In this document: positions 17,678 to 27,363 of the stretch, one piece after another
Layout of the letters: each line of letters starts with the position of its first letter
Position numbering within the stretch: the first letter of the stretch is position 1
DNA from: an uncultured Chlamydiae bacterium
GTDB taxonomy: Bacteria; Chlamydiota; Chlamydiia; Chlamydiales; JAJFMB01
DNA: 64,000 nucleotides
Assembly (NCBI GenBank): GCA_963696295.1
Contig: CAVOJR010000001.1
Coordinates: forward strand, 480,001-544,000
Direction: 5' to 3'
Position numbers and translations under genes: made by a program
The notes under the pieces: generated by a model
Told to the model about the DNA's origin: nothing
Seen by the model: the letters and a program-made list of their open reading frames with translations, nothing else
Database searches by the model: none

Positions 17678-18724
17678 ATGTCCAACTCAATTCAGGTGCT
17701 CCGCATGACAAAACAAGATCCGTTTCTCAATAAATCCATTTTAATCACAGGCGGCACCGGGAGTTTTGGAAGACATATGGCGCACACCCTCCTCGAACAA
17801 GACGCCTGTCAAAAAGTCATTATATTCAGCCGGGATGAATGGAAGCAATGGGAAATGCGCCAATCGGCCCCCCTTTTCAATCACCCGAAAATCCGCTATT
17901 TTTTAGGCGATGTCAGAGACACCTCCCGAATGGAGAGAGCTTTCAACGGCGTCGACATCGTGATCCACGCCGCGGCGCTGAAACAGGTGCCCGCCGCGGA
18001 GTATAACCCTACTGAGTTTGTGAAGACCAACGTCAATGGCGCGATCAATGTGATTGATGCCGCCATTAATGCCGGCGTAAAAAAAGTGATCGCCTTATCG
18101 TCTGATAAAGCTGTGAACCCTATCAATCTGTACGGCGCGACCAAGCTATGCTCCGATAAAATATTTGTGGCCGGCAACGCCTATGTCGGCGCGCGCGGCT
18201 ATCCCAATTTTTCGGTTGTCAGATATGGCAATGTCTTAGGAAGCCGGGGCAGCCTTATTCCAAGATGGCTGGAAATGATCAAAAAAGGAGCCACCGAACT
18301 GCCTGTCACGGACGAACGGATGACCAGGTTTTGGCTCACCTTTGATCACGCCGTGCAGTTTGTCGCGAATTGCGCAGGTCACATGCAGGGGGGCGAGATC
18401 TACATTCCAAAAATTCCCAGTATGAAGATCATCGACATGGCTGAAGCAATCGCTCCGGGTATAAAAATCAAAATATGCGGAGTGCGGGCGGGAGAAAAAA
18501 TACACGAAATGATGTTGAATGCCGAAGACGCCTCGCATGGAGTGGAATATCATGACAGCTTCATGATCCTCCCCTACCTGTTTGCCTCTGATCCTATTTT
18601 AAGGGAGCGGTTTTTGAAAGGGCGCGAGGGAAAGCCCCTGCCGGAAGGATTCGCGTACACTTCGGACAACAATACCGATTGGCTTTCAAAAGAAAAGCTG
18701 CTGCGTCTAATTGGTACAATTTGA
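17678..18724 (+). CDS. pseB: UDP-GlcNAc 4,6-dehydratase (inverting), PseB/FlaA1 type
   Basis: TGGTGSFG, SRDEWKQ, HAAALKQVPAAEYNP, DKAVNPINLYGATK, RYGNV, RMTRFW; start may be ATG 17705. Confidence 0.88.
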   Translation: MSNSIQVLRMTKQDPFLNKSILITGGTGSFGRHMAHTLLEQDACQKVIIFSRDEWKQWEMRQSAPLFNHPKIRYFLGDVRDTSRMERAFNGVDIVIHAAALKQVPAAEYNPTEFVKTNVNGAINVIDAAINAGVKKVIALSSDKAVNPINLYGATKLCSDKIFVAGNAYVGARGYPNFSVVRYGNVLGSRGSLIPRWLEMIKKGATELPVTDERMTRFWLTFDHAVQFVANCAGHMQGGEIYIPKIPSMKIIDMAEAIAPGIKIKICGVRAGEKIHEMMLNAEDASHGVEYHDSFMILPYLFASDPILRERFLKGREGKPLPEGFAYTSDNNTDWLSKEKLLRLIGTI

Positions 18725-18791
18725 AGTTGTCTCTAAATTCTACAATCTGTAGAATAACTCTTCCTTTGTGAACTATTGCCTTAATTTTTTT

Positions 18792-20360
18792 ATGAAAAAG
18801 ATTCTTTCCACCGTTTTGCTTTGTGCCAATGTTTTTGCGGTAGCGCAGGAAATCGATGAATCTCAACTTCCAGTTGAGGCTCAATCAATTATTGTGCCAG
18901 TCGTTCAAGAACCTCAGCTCCCTTTTGATCCTCAATTGCCTGCCCTCGAAGAAACTCAGCTTCCTGTTGCGGTAGACGAGGGCGATGAAATCATCGAACC
19001 CGCCTCCAGTTGCGACTGCAATCCTGGCCAACCGGCGATGGTGTTGACTTTAGAGTATTCCATCAACCGGGCTCTGACCGCTAACCGGCAGATCTTAACC
19101 TCAGTCAACGCCCTGCAAAATTCTCAACTTCGCCTGGAATTGGCCTATAGCGATTTCGATTTAAAAATGAGGCCGATCGGAAAAGGGGGATACAGCGGCG
19201 GCGGCAGAGGGGGAAGCGGTCTTGACGTGGGCGCGGGTTTGACCTGGGAAAAGAGATGGGCCACCGGAACTAAAATGCTCATTTCCCCTTATGCCAGAAG
19301 GCTGGAAAAGACAACGCAAATCGATGTCGACGCCTCGTTGATTCAACCCGTATTAAAAGGTTTCAACCGCGAGTACAACCTCTCTTCCTTGAGGGGCGCT
19401 CAATATTCGGCGCGCTCCGCCGTCAGAAGTCTGCACATAGCGCAAACGACAATGGTCACTAAAACAATCACAACTCTCTATGAATATGTGAAACTGAAAA
19501 AAACGTTAGAAGTTCAAAAGGAAATACTGCAGACATTAAGAAAGCATTGCAAAATAATCAAACAGAAAGAAGCCAGAGATTTGTCAGAAAGTTCCGATGT
19601 TTTTAAGATTGAAGCCGATGTGCTTCAGGCAGAAGAGACGGTACGCAACACGGAAACCAAATTCAAGGAAAATCAGGATGCGATCAGGGAGCTTCTTGTT
19701 CTGGATATCGGACAGTGTTTCGATGTGGATGTCCCCTTAAACAACACCAACTGCGAAATAGACTGCGAGCAAGCCATCAATATCGCTTTGACACATCGCA
19801 CCGAAATAGCGCAAAGCCTTGATGAATACAATGAAAAAAACCGCCTCGCCAAAGTCGCGAAAGTCAATCTCAAACCTGACCTAGATGTGGTGCTCCGCTA
19901 TAACAACACCGGTTACGACCGCTATTTCCGGGACATCAAAGAAAGGCCCGAGTCGACTTGGACGATTAATTTAACCACCACGACAGATTTCGCAAGAGTT
20001 TCTGAAAAAATTGCTTATGACCAAAGTCTGATTGCCATCGAAACCGCCATGACCGCTTTGGATCAGACGAAAGAGAAAATTATCTTAGAGGTTAAACGGG
20101 CGCACAGGCAGCTAATCCGCGCCGCCGAAAACCTCCAACACCAGACTACAAAAATAGCCTCCCTCAAGGGAGAACTCAAATTCCAGCGGCGCAAATATGA
20201 AAAAGGGCAGATGAAGATAGGGGATGTGATGAAAACCGAGCAGAACATATGCTCGGCAGAACTCGCCCAGTTCTCCACAACCATTGATCAAATCATCGGA
20301 GACTTCGCCTTAAAAGCCTCAATGGGATTGTTAATTGAAAAACCGATTCTTAATGCTTAG
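18792..20360 (+). CDS. TolC-family outer membrane channel
   Basis: Signal peptide, LTLEYSINRALTAN, two helical/beta halves; first gene of an MFP-ABC cluster; N-terminal QLP repeats. Confidence 0.8.
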   Translation: MKKILSTVLLCANVFAVAQEIDESQLPVEAQSIIVPVVQEPQLPFDPQLPALEETQLPVAVDEGDEIIEPASSCDCNPGQPAMVLTLEYSINRALTANRQILTSVNALQNSQLRLELAYSDFDLKMRPIGKGGYSGGGRGGSGLDVGAGLTWEKRWATGTKMLISPYARRLEKTTQIDVDASLIQPVLKGFNREYNLSSLRGAQYSARSAVRSLHIAQTTMVTKTITTLYEYVKLKKTLEVQKEILQTLRKHCKIIKQKEARDLSESSDVFKIEADVLQAEETVRNTETKFKENQDAIRELLVLDIGQCFDVDVPLNNTNCEIDCEQAINIALTHRTEIAQSLDEYNEKNRLAKVAKVNLKPDLDVVLRYNNTGYDRYFRDIKERPESTWTINLTTTTDFARVSEKIAYDQSLIAIETAMTALDQTKEKIILEVKRAHRQLIRAAENLQHQTTKIASLKGELKFQRRKYEKGQMKIGDVMKTEQNICSAELAQFSTTIDQIIGDFALKASMGLLIEKPILNA

Positions 20361-20371
20361 GTAAATCAAAA

Positions 20372-21820
20372 ATGAATAAAAAACAAATACCACTGCTCAC
20401 TTTGTTAGCTACAATTAGTATAGTTTCTTGCGGCTACTTTTTTTCTCCCAACAGTAAGGAGAATCCATGGAATCTCTTCAGCACGGCCCAAAAAAGAAAT
20501 TTGAAGTTAAGCGTCCACTCAATCGGAGAATTGGAGGCCGCCAAGTCGACAGTGATCTCTTCCAAACTGGGCAACGATCATACTAAAGTGATTTACATCA
20601 CCGATGACGGCGCCTCGGTCAAAAAAGGGGATCTGCTGGTCAAAATCGATTCCACCTACTATGAAAATCGCATTGAAGAACTCAATTCGAAAATTAAAGA
20701 CCAAAAATCGATGATCGAAAGCCTCACTAAATCTCTAGAATGGGAAATTAACCAAAAAGAAGTCGATAAAAATATCGCGCAATCAGAGCTCTTTCTCGCC
20801 GAACTCGAATATGATAAAGCAGTCAATAAAGAGGGGCCGATGGAGGAGAAAAAACTGAGAGGCGCCATCGATAAGTGCAAAGGCAAGATAGCCTCGCTTG
20901 AAAGATATCATAAGGATCTTGAAGAGCTGGCCAGTGAAGGCTATGTCAATGAATATGAGATGAAACAAACCTTAAATAAAATTAAGGATGAAAAAGATGC
21001 GCTTGAATTAGCTAAAGAACAGCTCCTTTGCTTTACTGAGACCACTTTCCCGATGCAAAAGCACAAAGCGGAAGCCGCTTTAAGAAAAGCGCGCATCAAA
21101 GCGAGCGAAGTGGAAGACAACAGCCACTGCAAAATTTTTAAAGCCGAGAATGTGCTTGCCCAGGCAAAAAATACCCTGCAGGACCTCAAATTTACCTTGC
21201 TTAGCGCCGAACAAGATCTCTTGGCCACCGAATTACGAGCTCCATCCGATGGCATGGTGGTTTTAAAAGAGGACTTCCGCGCAGGACAGCGGCGCAAGAC
21301 AAAAATTGGCGATGTATTGAATAAGAATCAGCCTATTCTCGATCTGCCCGACTTAAGCTACATGACTGTGCGCACCCGGGTGAGGGAAGTGGATCTGCAT
21401 AAGATTCAAATAGGCAAAGAAGCGACTATCGAAGTGGATGCCTTCCCTGAGTTGTCCTTCCATGGCAATATCACCTATATCGGTGTGCTCGCATTGAAAG
21501 ATCCCATGCGAACCGGAGAGGAAAAGTATTTTGACGTCCATGTCGCCTTGAATGAAAAAAACACCTGTTTAAGGCCCGGCATGACTGTTAGAGTTGCCAT
21601 CCAGTCCCAAAATATTGAAAATGCCGTAACTATACCCTATCAATCGCTCTTTGAAGAGGAAGATCAGACAAAATACTGTTATGTTCATTCTAACAATCAG
21701 TATCAAAAGCGGAAAATTGAAATAGGCACCATGAGTGAACAATGGGTCGTAGTGGAATCTGGTTTAAAGGAAGGGGAAAAGGTATGTCTCACACTGCCTC
21801 AACAAGAGATAAGGCTGTAA
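20372..21820 (+). CDS. Efflux periplasmic adaptor (MacA/YknX-like MFP)
   Basis: N-terminal TM, VKKGDLL, long coiled coil, LRAPSDG, LRPGMT, GLKEGE. Confidence 0.9.
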   Translation: MNKKQIPLLTLLATISIVSCGYFFSPNSKENPWNLFSTAQKRNLKLSVHSIGELEAAKSTVISSKLGNDHTKVIYITDDGASVKKGDLLVKIDSTYYENRIEELNSKIKDQKSMIESLTKSLEWEINQKEVDKNIAQSELFLAELEYDKAVNKEGPMEEKKLRGAIDKCKGKIASLERYHKDLEELASEGYVNEYEMKQTLNKIKDEKDALELAKEQLLCFTETTFPMQKHKAEAALRKARIKASEVEDNSHCKIFKAENVLAQAKNTLQDLKFTLLSAEQDLLATELRAPSDGMVVLKEDFRAGQRRKTKIGDVLNKNQPILDLPDLSYMTVRTRVREVDLHKIQIGKEATIEVDAFPELSFHGNITYIGVLALKDPMRTGEEKYFDVHVALNEKNTCLRPGMTVRVAIQSQNIENAVTIPYQSLFEEEDQTKYCYVHSNNQYQKRKIEIGTMSEQWVVVESGLKEGEKVCLTLPQQEIRL

Positions 21821-22497
21821 TCCGGATTAAGAATCTCAAAAAGACTTATACCTCTGGTAATGAGTCTATTGAGATTTTGAAAGGGATTAGCTTCGACATC
21901 AAATCAGGTGAGTTTTTATCCATTACCGGTCCTTCCGGCGCGGGTAAATCCACGCTGCTCCATATCCTGGGCTGCATGGATCTGCCAACCAGCGGATCCT
22001 ACTATCTTGGGAATAGCGATGTCGCCCATTTGAATGACAATCAACTATCGCGCCTGCGATCCACTTCGATCGGATTTGTTTTCCAGGCCTTTAATGTCAT
22101 TCCTCAACTCTCTGTCTATGAAAATGTTGAAGTCCCTTTTTTCTATCAGGGGAACTTGGACCAGACGGTTAAGGAGCGGATTTGCTACAGCATCGAACAA
22201 GTGGGGCTCTCCCACCGGATGCATCACAAACCCTCCCAGCTATCAGGCGGAGAAATCCAAAGAGTGGCCATCGCGAGAGCGCTTGCGATAGATCCTATTT
22301 TGATCCTGGCTGATGAACCTACGGGTAATTTGGACTCCAAAACCGGTCAAAACATTATACAGCTTTTTGAGACGCTAAATCAACAAGGGACGACTATTGT
22401 GATCGTGACGCATAATGAACAGGTCGCCAAGTCATCAAAGAGATGGATTTCTTTATATGATGGTCAAATTCAAAGCGATAAGGTAGTAGGCTTATGA
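21784..22497 (+). CDS. MacB/LolD-type ABC ATP-binding protein
   Basis: [33 protein letters not shown]. Confidence 0.93.
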   Translation: MSHTASTRDKAVIRIKNLKKTYTSGNESIEILKGISFDIKSGEFLSITGPSGAGKSTLLHILGCMDLPTSGSYYLGNSDVAHLNDNQLSRLRSTSIGFVFQAFNVIPQLSVYENVEVPFFYQGNLDQTVKERICYSIEQVGLSHRMHHKPSQLSGGEIQRVAIARALAIDPILILADEPTGNLDSKTGQNIIQLFETLNQQGTTIVIVTHNEQVAKSSKRWISLYDGQIQSDKVVGL

Positions 22498-23729
22498 CGA
22501 TTCTTCCCATTGCAGCCAAAAGTTTGCGTTATATTTTCACTCAGCGTTTGCGCGCCATATCCAGTTTGCTGGGCGTTCTTTTCGGAGTCGTCGCCGTTAT
22601 CGCCATGCTCTCAATCGGTGAGGGGGCAAAAAAAGAATCCATGGAACAAATCAATTTGCTTGGGGTCGATAACATTATAATCCGGCAAGTCAATCTGACC
22701 GAGGATCAAAAGATCAGCAGTAATGAAAAGCAATCATTTGGCCTTAACCTTCAAGACGCCAATTTGATTGAAACCACCCTGCCATCAATCAGCCAGGTCG
22801 CACCGGTTAAAATAGTGGCGGCAACGATTCACGGCAGATTAAAAGAGATGTCCCCTGAAATCATGGCGACATCCTCCTCCTACAGCTCCATCTACGATTT
22901 GCCATTGAGAGAAGGCCGGTTTATCTCGGATTTGGACGTCAGCCGCAGCCAGCTGGTGTGTGTACTGGGACATGAGGTAGCCTCTTCTTTGGGAAAAGAC
23001 GGCCATGTCGGCAAGCTTATCCGGATGGAAAATCAGCTGTTTAAAATTGTCGGCGTCTTAAAACCGCGCAACTGGAAGGACAGCAAGGCCATGCCCATGA
23101 GCGCGCATAACTTCAATCAGATGATCTTTATTCCTATGGGAACAGAAAACGGCATGCCCTGGAAGGTGCTTAGAAAATGTGATACCCTCAATGAAATTGT
23201 GGTCCGGCTTTCAAATAGTAAAGATACCATCCATGTCTCAAAATTAATAGAGAGAACCCTGCAAATCAACCACCGTGGTGTGGATGATTACCAAATCATT
23301 ATCCCGCAGGAACTTATCCGTCAGGCGCAAAAAACCCAATCCACTTTCAATTTGATCTTGGGCAGTATCGCTTTCATTTCACTGCTTGTGGGCGGCATTG
23401 GCATCATGAATATCATGCTCGCGACCATATCGGAACGAACTCGCGAGATCGGCATCCGGCGGGCGCTCGGTGCCAATAAAGGTCACATTCTCCTGCAATT
23501 TCTCATCGAAACATTGATCCTTACCTTAAGCGGGGCTATCTTGGGGATCTTTGTGGGCATGCTCTTTTCTGCCTGCATCAGTTTTTTTGCCGGCTGGAAC
23601 ACCATCATCACCTTATGGTCTGTGCTTCTTTCATTGCTGCTCGCTACCGGAGTCGGAATTTTCTCCGGTCTCTATCCGGCGATTAAGGCCTCGAAAATGC
23701 ATCCCATCACAGCACTGCGAAGCTATTAA
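22494..23729 (+). CDS. MacB/FtsX-family ABC permease
   Basis: LLVGGIGIMNIM, ERTREIGIRRALGA, GLYPA. Confidence 0.93.
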   Translation: MTILPIAAKSLRYIFTQRLRAISSLLGVLFGVVAVIAMLSIGEGAKKESMEQINLLGVDNIIIRQVNLTEDQKISSNEKQSFGLNLQDANLIETTLPSISQVAPVKIVAATIHGRLKEMSPEIMATSSSYSSIYDLPLREGRFISDLDVSRSQLVCVLGHEVASSLGKDGHVGKLIRMENQLFKIVGVLKPRNWKDSKAMPMSAHNFNQMIFIPMGTENGMPWKVLRKCDTLNEIVVRLSNSKDTIHVSKLIERTLQINHRGVDDYQIIIPQELIRQAQKTQSTFNLILGSIAFISLLVGGIGIMNIMLATISERTREIGIRRALGANKGHILLQFLIETLILTLSGAILGIFVGMLFSACISFFAGWNTIITLWSVLLSLLLATGVGIFSGLYPAIKASKMHPITALRSY

Positions 23730-23805
23730 TTTTTTTTTCTTGATCAAAAATTTACGATCGATCAAATAGAAGATTAAAGAAATCATTAACCTGAGGGGGT
23801 AAATC

Positions 23806-24939
23806 ATGAGTCGATTTAACGACTTCCTAAAAGGCTGCGCGATCGCCGCCTTAATCACATCCATAGCTCTACCAGCCCAAATAGTGGCTGGATGTAGAGA
23901 TTGTTACGATTACGATGTCGTCTGCCAACAAGGCAACTGCAATCAACCATGCAGTTTTGCCCAACCAAACTATTGTTGCCAACCAAGCTGCAGCCAACCA
24001 AGCTGCTGCCAACCAAGCTGTTGCCAACCAAGCTGTTGCCAACCAAGCTGCTGCCAACCAAGCTGCTGCCAACCAAGCTGCTGCCAGCCAGACTGCTGCC
24101 AGCCAGTTAACTGCTGCCAGCCCGTCTGCTGCCAGCCAGACTTCTGCTGCCAGCCAGTCTATTGCCAACCCTGCTGCGATCCTTGTCCTCGCCCTTGTAA
24201 AAAACGCTCCAATGTAGGATTTGCCGCCGTCGGTGCCATTCTCTTAGGAGCCGCAGCTGGAGCTGGCGCAGGTTATGCAGCCGGACACAGCGGCCGCCAT
24301 CATCATGATTCTGGCGATTATTGCGGGCCTGTCTGCAATTCAGAATCCAACAGCAACAGCAACTGCAATTGCAGCAGCAACTGTTGCTGCGGCCAAGACA
24401 TTGGCGAGCAATTGATATTTGATATTAGCATGATCTTAGACATAAACGCCTTCGTCAATGAATTCACAACTTTAACCGGAACTACGATTCCGCAAGACGG
24501 CGTGCTTAGCGTTACCTCATTTGTTGTGAATCCGCAAGGTTGCATGACTCCAGGAAAAACATCCACTGTCAATCTTCAGCGCGCGACAATTCCTCTTTCA
24601 TTCGAGCTTGAAAATCTCACTTTGGATGTAGAACTCCCAATTGATTATGCCTTTCTCTCCCAAACAGTTATCTTGTTTCAAGATATGATCGCCCTATGCG
24701 ATCCTTGCTACGGAACGTACCATTTTGGTCTCCAAATTGAATATAACAACTTGCCAACACTCAGCGCCAGCATCATCACAGGACAAGTCAAATCATCCAA
24801 AACGCAAACAACAACCGCTATTCCTATCGAAATTCCAATTTCCGTAGGTTTAGCCGGACTGACCTTCACACAATGCACTGCTCAATTCAATTATGCGCCA
24901 GCTCAAGGAATTCCTTCCGAACCTGTATTTGCTCAATAA
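23806..24939 (+). CDS. Cysteine-rich exported protein with CCQP(S) pentapeptide repeats; possible lipoprotein
   Basis: RBS GAGGGGG, hydrophobic leader ending IVAG-C (lipobox-like), about 45 Cys in 377 aa, terminator downstream. Confidence 0.85.
   Translation: MSRFNDFLKGCAIAALITSIALPAQIVAGCRDCYDYDVVCQQGNCNQPCSFAQPNYCCQPSCSQPSCCQPSCCQPSCCQPSCCQPSCCQPSCCQPDCCQPVNCCQPVCCQPDFCCQPVYCQPCCDPCPRPCKKRSNVGFAAVGAILLGAAAGAGAGYAAGHSGRHHHDSGDYCGPVCNSESNSNSNCNCSSNCCCGQDIGEQLIFDISMILDINAFVNEFTTLTGTTIPQDGVLSVTSFVVNPQGCMTPGKTSTVNLQRATIPLSFELENLTLDVELPIDYAFLSQTVILFQDMIALCDPCYGTYHFGLQIEYNNLPTLSASIITGQVKSSKTQTTTAIPIEIPISVGLAGLTFTQCTAQFNYAPAQGIPSEPVFAQ
23974..24180 (+). repeat. 15-bp coding tandem repeat (TGYTGCCARCCAAGC-like) encoding CCQPS
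   Basis: About 12 units, near-perfect over the first eight, degenerating 3'. Confidence 0.95.
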
Positions 24940-24964
24940 AAACAGTCGAACAGTAGACGTGATG

Positions 24965-24993
24965 AGCCTCCCCTTCCGGGAGGCTTTTTTTTT
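24965..24993 (+). terminator. Rho-independent terminator
   Basis: AGCCTCCC-cttcc-GGGAGGCT followed by a T run. Confidence 0.88.
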
Positions 24994-25056
24994 CCCCTGT
25001 TGTAAAGAATTTCTTTTTTTATTATAAGAGCATCTTTGACATATGGAGGAAAGGAA

Positions 25057-26097
25057 ATGCGAGTAGGCGTAATCGGTCTGAATCATAAACTCGCGGACCT
25101 TTCTTTGAGGGAATCCCTCGCAAAAGCCTGTCAAGAGCGGTTTTCCCATGGATCTTATTGGCACGACGACCATACTTTTTTGCTCCTTTCCACTTGCAAC
25201 CGGACAGAAATATATTTCTCCTCTGACGATCTGGCTGGCACGCACTCCTTTCTGCTAGATCTTCTGAAACAGTTGATCCCTTGCGATTTCGACCAGAAAC
25301 TCTACTCCTACTTTAGCTATAATTGCTTTTTGCATTTGTGCCGGGTGGCAGCGGGTCTTGATAGCGCCATCATCGCAGAAACGGAAATCCAGGGGCAAGT
25401 GAAAGACGCTTATGAAAAGACATCTCGCAGAAAACGGCTGCCGAAAGAGATCCATTTTTTGTTTCAAAAAGCGCTGAAAGTAGGCAAGTTGATTCGCACA
25501 CAGTTTATTTTCGAGCGCGGAATGCCAGACATGGAACACGCCATTTTTGATATCAGCCTTCGCTACATTCAGCAGCCGCTGAAAAGCCAAATCCTGTTTG
25601 TCGGCGCCTCCGCCATTAATGGCAAGGTGATCCGCTACCTTAAAGCCAGGCACTGCGAACATTTAACCCTTTGCAACCGGACCCGGGATAAGGGGGAAAG
25701 AATGGCCGACCACCTCGATATCGCCTTTCTTCCCTGGGAAAACCTCGAAAAATGGCCCGAGTATGACTGGATTGTTTTAGGGACAAAAGCAAAGGAGCCT
25801 TTGATCACCTTGCTGCCGGGATTGAAAAGCAAAAAGCTCATCATGGATCTCTCAGTTCCGCGCAATGCCGACCCCATTTTGAGGCAGGACCCGAATATCG
25901 CCCTTTACGATATCGACCAGATCCATCAGCTTCTCGCCAAACGTAAAGGACAGCTTCACGACACCCTCGTTCTGGCAGAAAAAAGGGTGGCTCTGGAAAC
26001 ATACAAACAGATTCACCTCTTCAGAGAAAAGTGCAAGCCCCTCTCATTGCCGATTTTTCGTCAGCCCATGAGGGACGAAACCGTTCGAACGGATTAA
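25057..26097 (+). CDS. hemA: Glutamyl-tRNA reductase
   Basis: GLNHK, STCNRTEIY, GLDSAIIAETEIQGQVK, DLSVPRN. Confidence 0.93.
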   Translation: MRVGVIGLNHKLADLSLRESLAKACQERFSHGSYWHDDHTFLLLSTCNRTEIYFSSDDLAGTHSFLLDLLKQLIPCDFDQKLYSYFSYNCFLHLCRVAAGLDSAIIAETEIQGQVKDAYEKTSRRKRLPKEIHFLFQKALKVGKLIRTQFIFERGMPDMEHAIFDISLRYIQQPLKSQILFVGASAINGKVIRYLKARHCEHLTLCNRTRDKGERMADHLDIAFLPWENLEKWPEYDWIVLGTKAKEPLITLLPGLKSKKLIMDLSVPRNADPILRQDPNIALYDIDQIHQLLAKRKGQLHDTLVLAEKRVALETYKQIHLFREKCKPLSLPIFRQPMRDETVRTD

Positions 26098-26260
26098 AAA
26101 TCTGGAACCTCTTCAGAGAAAAAGCCATTGCCGATTTTTCGTCAGCCCATGAGGGACGAAACCGTTCGAACGGATTAAAAATCTGGAACCTCTTCAGAGA
26201 AAAAGCCATTGCCGATTTTTCGTCAGCCCATGTGGGACGAAACCGTTCGAACGGATTAAA
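26045..26260. repeat. 81-bp tandem repeat derived from the hemA 3' end
   Basis: CATTGCCGATTTTTCG...GGATTAAA at 26045, 26126, 26207. Confidence 0.95.
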
Positions 26261-26298
26261 GTGGATCGGAAAAAGGCTTTCTGCGATAATCCCCGGCT

Positions 26299-27363
26299 AT
26301 GAAAAAATTATTAATTACTGTCGGCGGAACAGGGGGACATGTCTTCCCGGCTCTTTCCGTTGCGCAGAACATTAAAAATGTCGATATCCTCTTCGCTGGA
26401 GGGAAATTATCGAAAAATCACTACTTTGATCAAACCGCCTTCACCTATAAAGACATCCCCTCCGCCCCTCTCTCAGGCAAAAATCCCCTGCTGCTCTTGC
26501 GCGACGCAGGCCTGATCAGCTGCGGCATTTGGCAAAGCCGCCAAATTATCAAACAATTTAAGCCGGACCTTATTTTAGGCTTTGGCAGCTTCTACACTCT
26601 TCCGATGCTCATCGCAGCCAAATGGACAAAGACCCCTTTTATCCTGCATGAAGCCAACAGCATACCGGGTAAAGTCAACCGCCTGATGGCTCCCTATGCC
26701 AAAATTACCGGCATCCAATTCCCGATCGCCGCCCAATACCTGAAGGGAGAAACCAGACATATCGATTTGCCCTTGCGCAACGGTTTTCAAAAATCTGACA
26801 AAGAGAAGAAAAAAGCCTATGCCTATTTCGGTTTAGATCCCTCAAAAATGACCATCCTGGTCTTTGGAGGATCGCAAGGCGCTTTGGCAATCAACAACTT
26901 AGTTGCGGATGGGTTGCCCTATTTCACGAAGCGGGACGTGCAGTTCATCCACCTCACGGGAAAAAGTGAAGTCAAACTCGATTACGCCAAATATGGTTTA
27001 AACGCCGTGATAAAATCATTCGAAAACAATATGTCTCTTGCCTGGCAAATCGCCGACCTTATCCTGTCGCGGGCCGGCGCCAATACAATTGCCGAGCAAA
27101 TGGCTTTTGAAGTGCCGGGCATCTTAATTCCCTACCCTTATGCCACCGACCGGCACCAGGAAATAAACGCCGATTTTATGGTCGAAATGGGAGGGGCGGA
27201 AAAATACGCCCAGGATCAGCTGAATCCAAAAAAATTGATGGAAATCATCACCCGTTTCATAGATAATAAATCTTGGCTCAAACAAAAAAGCGAAAATATT
27301 GCAACCTATAAAGAGAAAAACAAAACTCAATCTTTAGCCTCGCTTGTAATAGAAACACTATGA
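26299..27363 (+). CDS. murG: MurG GlcNAc transferase
   Basis: GGTGGH, HEANSIPG, GGSQGA, RAGANT. Confidence 0.96.
   Translation: MKKLLITVGGTGGHVFPALSVAQNIKNVDILFAGGKLSKNHYFDQTAFTYKDIPSAPLSGKNPLLLLRDAGLISCGIWQSRQIIKQFKPDLILGFGSFYTLPMLIAAKWTKTPFILHEANSIPGKVNRLMAPYAKITGIQFPIAAQYLKGETRHIDLPLRNGFQKSDKEKKKAYAYFGLDPSKMTILVFGGSQGALAINNLVADGLPYFTKRDVQFIHLTGKSEVKLDYAKYGLNAVIKSFENNMSLAWQIADLILSRAGANTIAEQMAFEVPGILIPYPYATDRHQEINADFMVEMGGAEKYAQDQLNPKKLMEIITRFIDNKSWLKQKSENIATYKEKNKTQSLASLVIETL

Noticed and set aside
23855..24217. Alternative-frame repeat peptides (LVGSS, WLAAA, LLPTK, NQAAA)
   Set aside because: Other frames of the 15-bp repeat; only the CCQPS frame has an RBS, a leader and a long continuation
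26021..26375. ORFs with repeated peptides (ADFSSAHEGRNRSNGLK; MAFSLKRFQ...) and a possible CRISPR
   Set aside because: By-products of an 81-bp (multiple of 3) tandem repeat; no spacers
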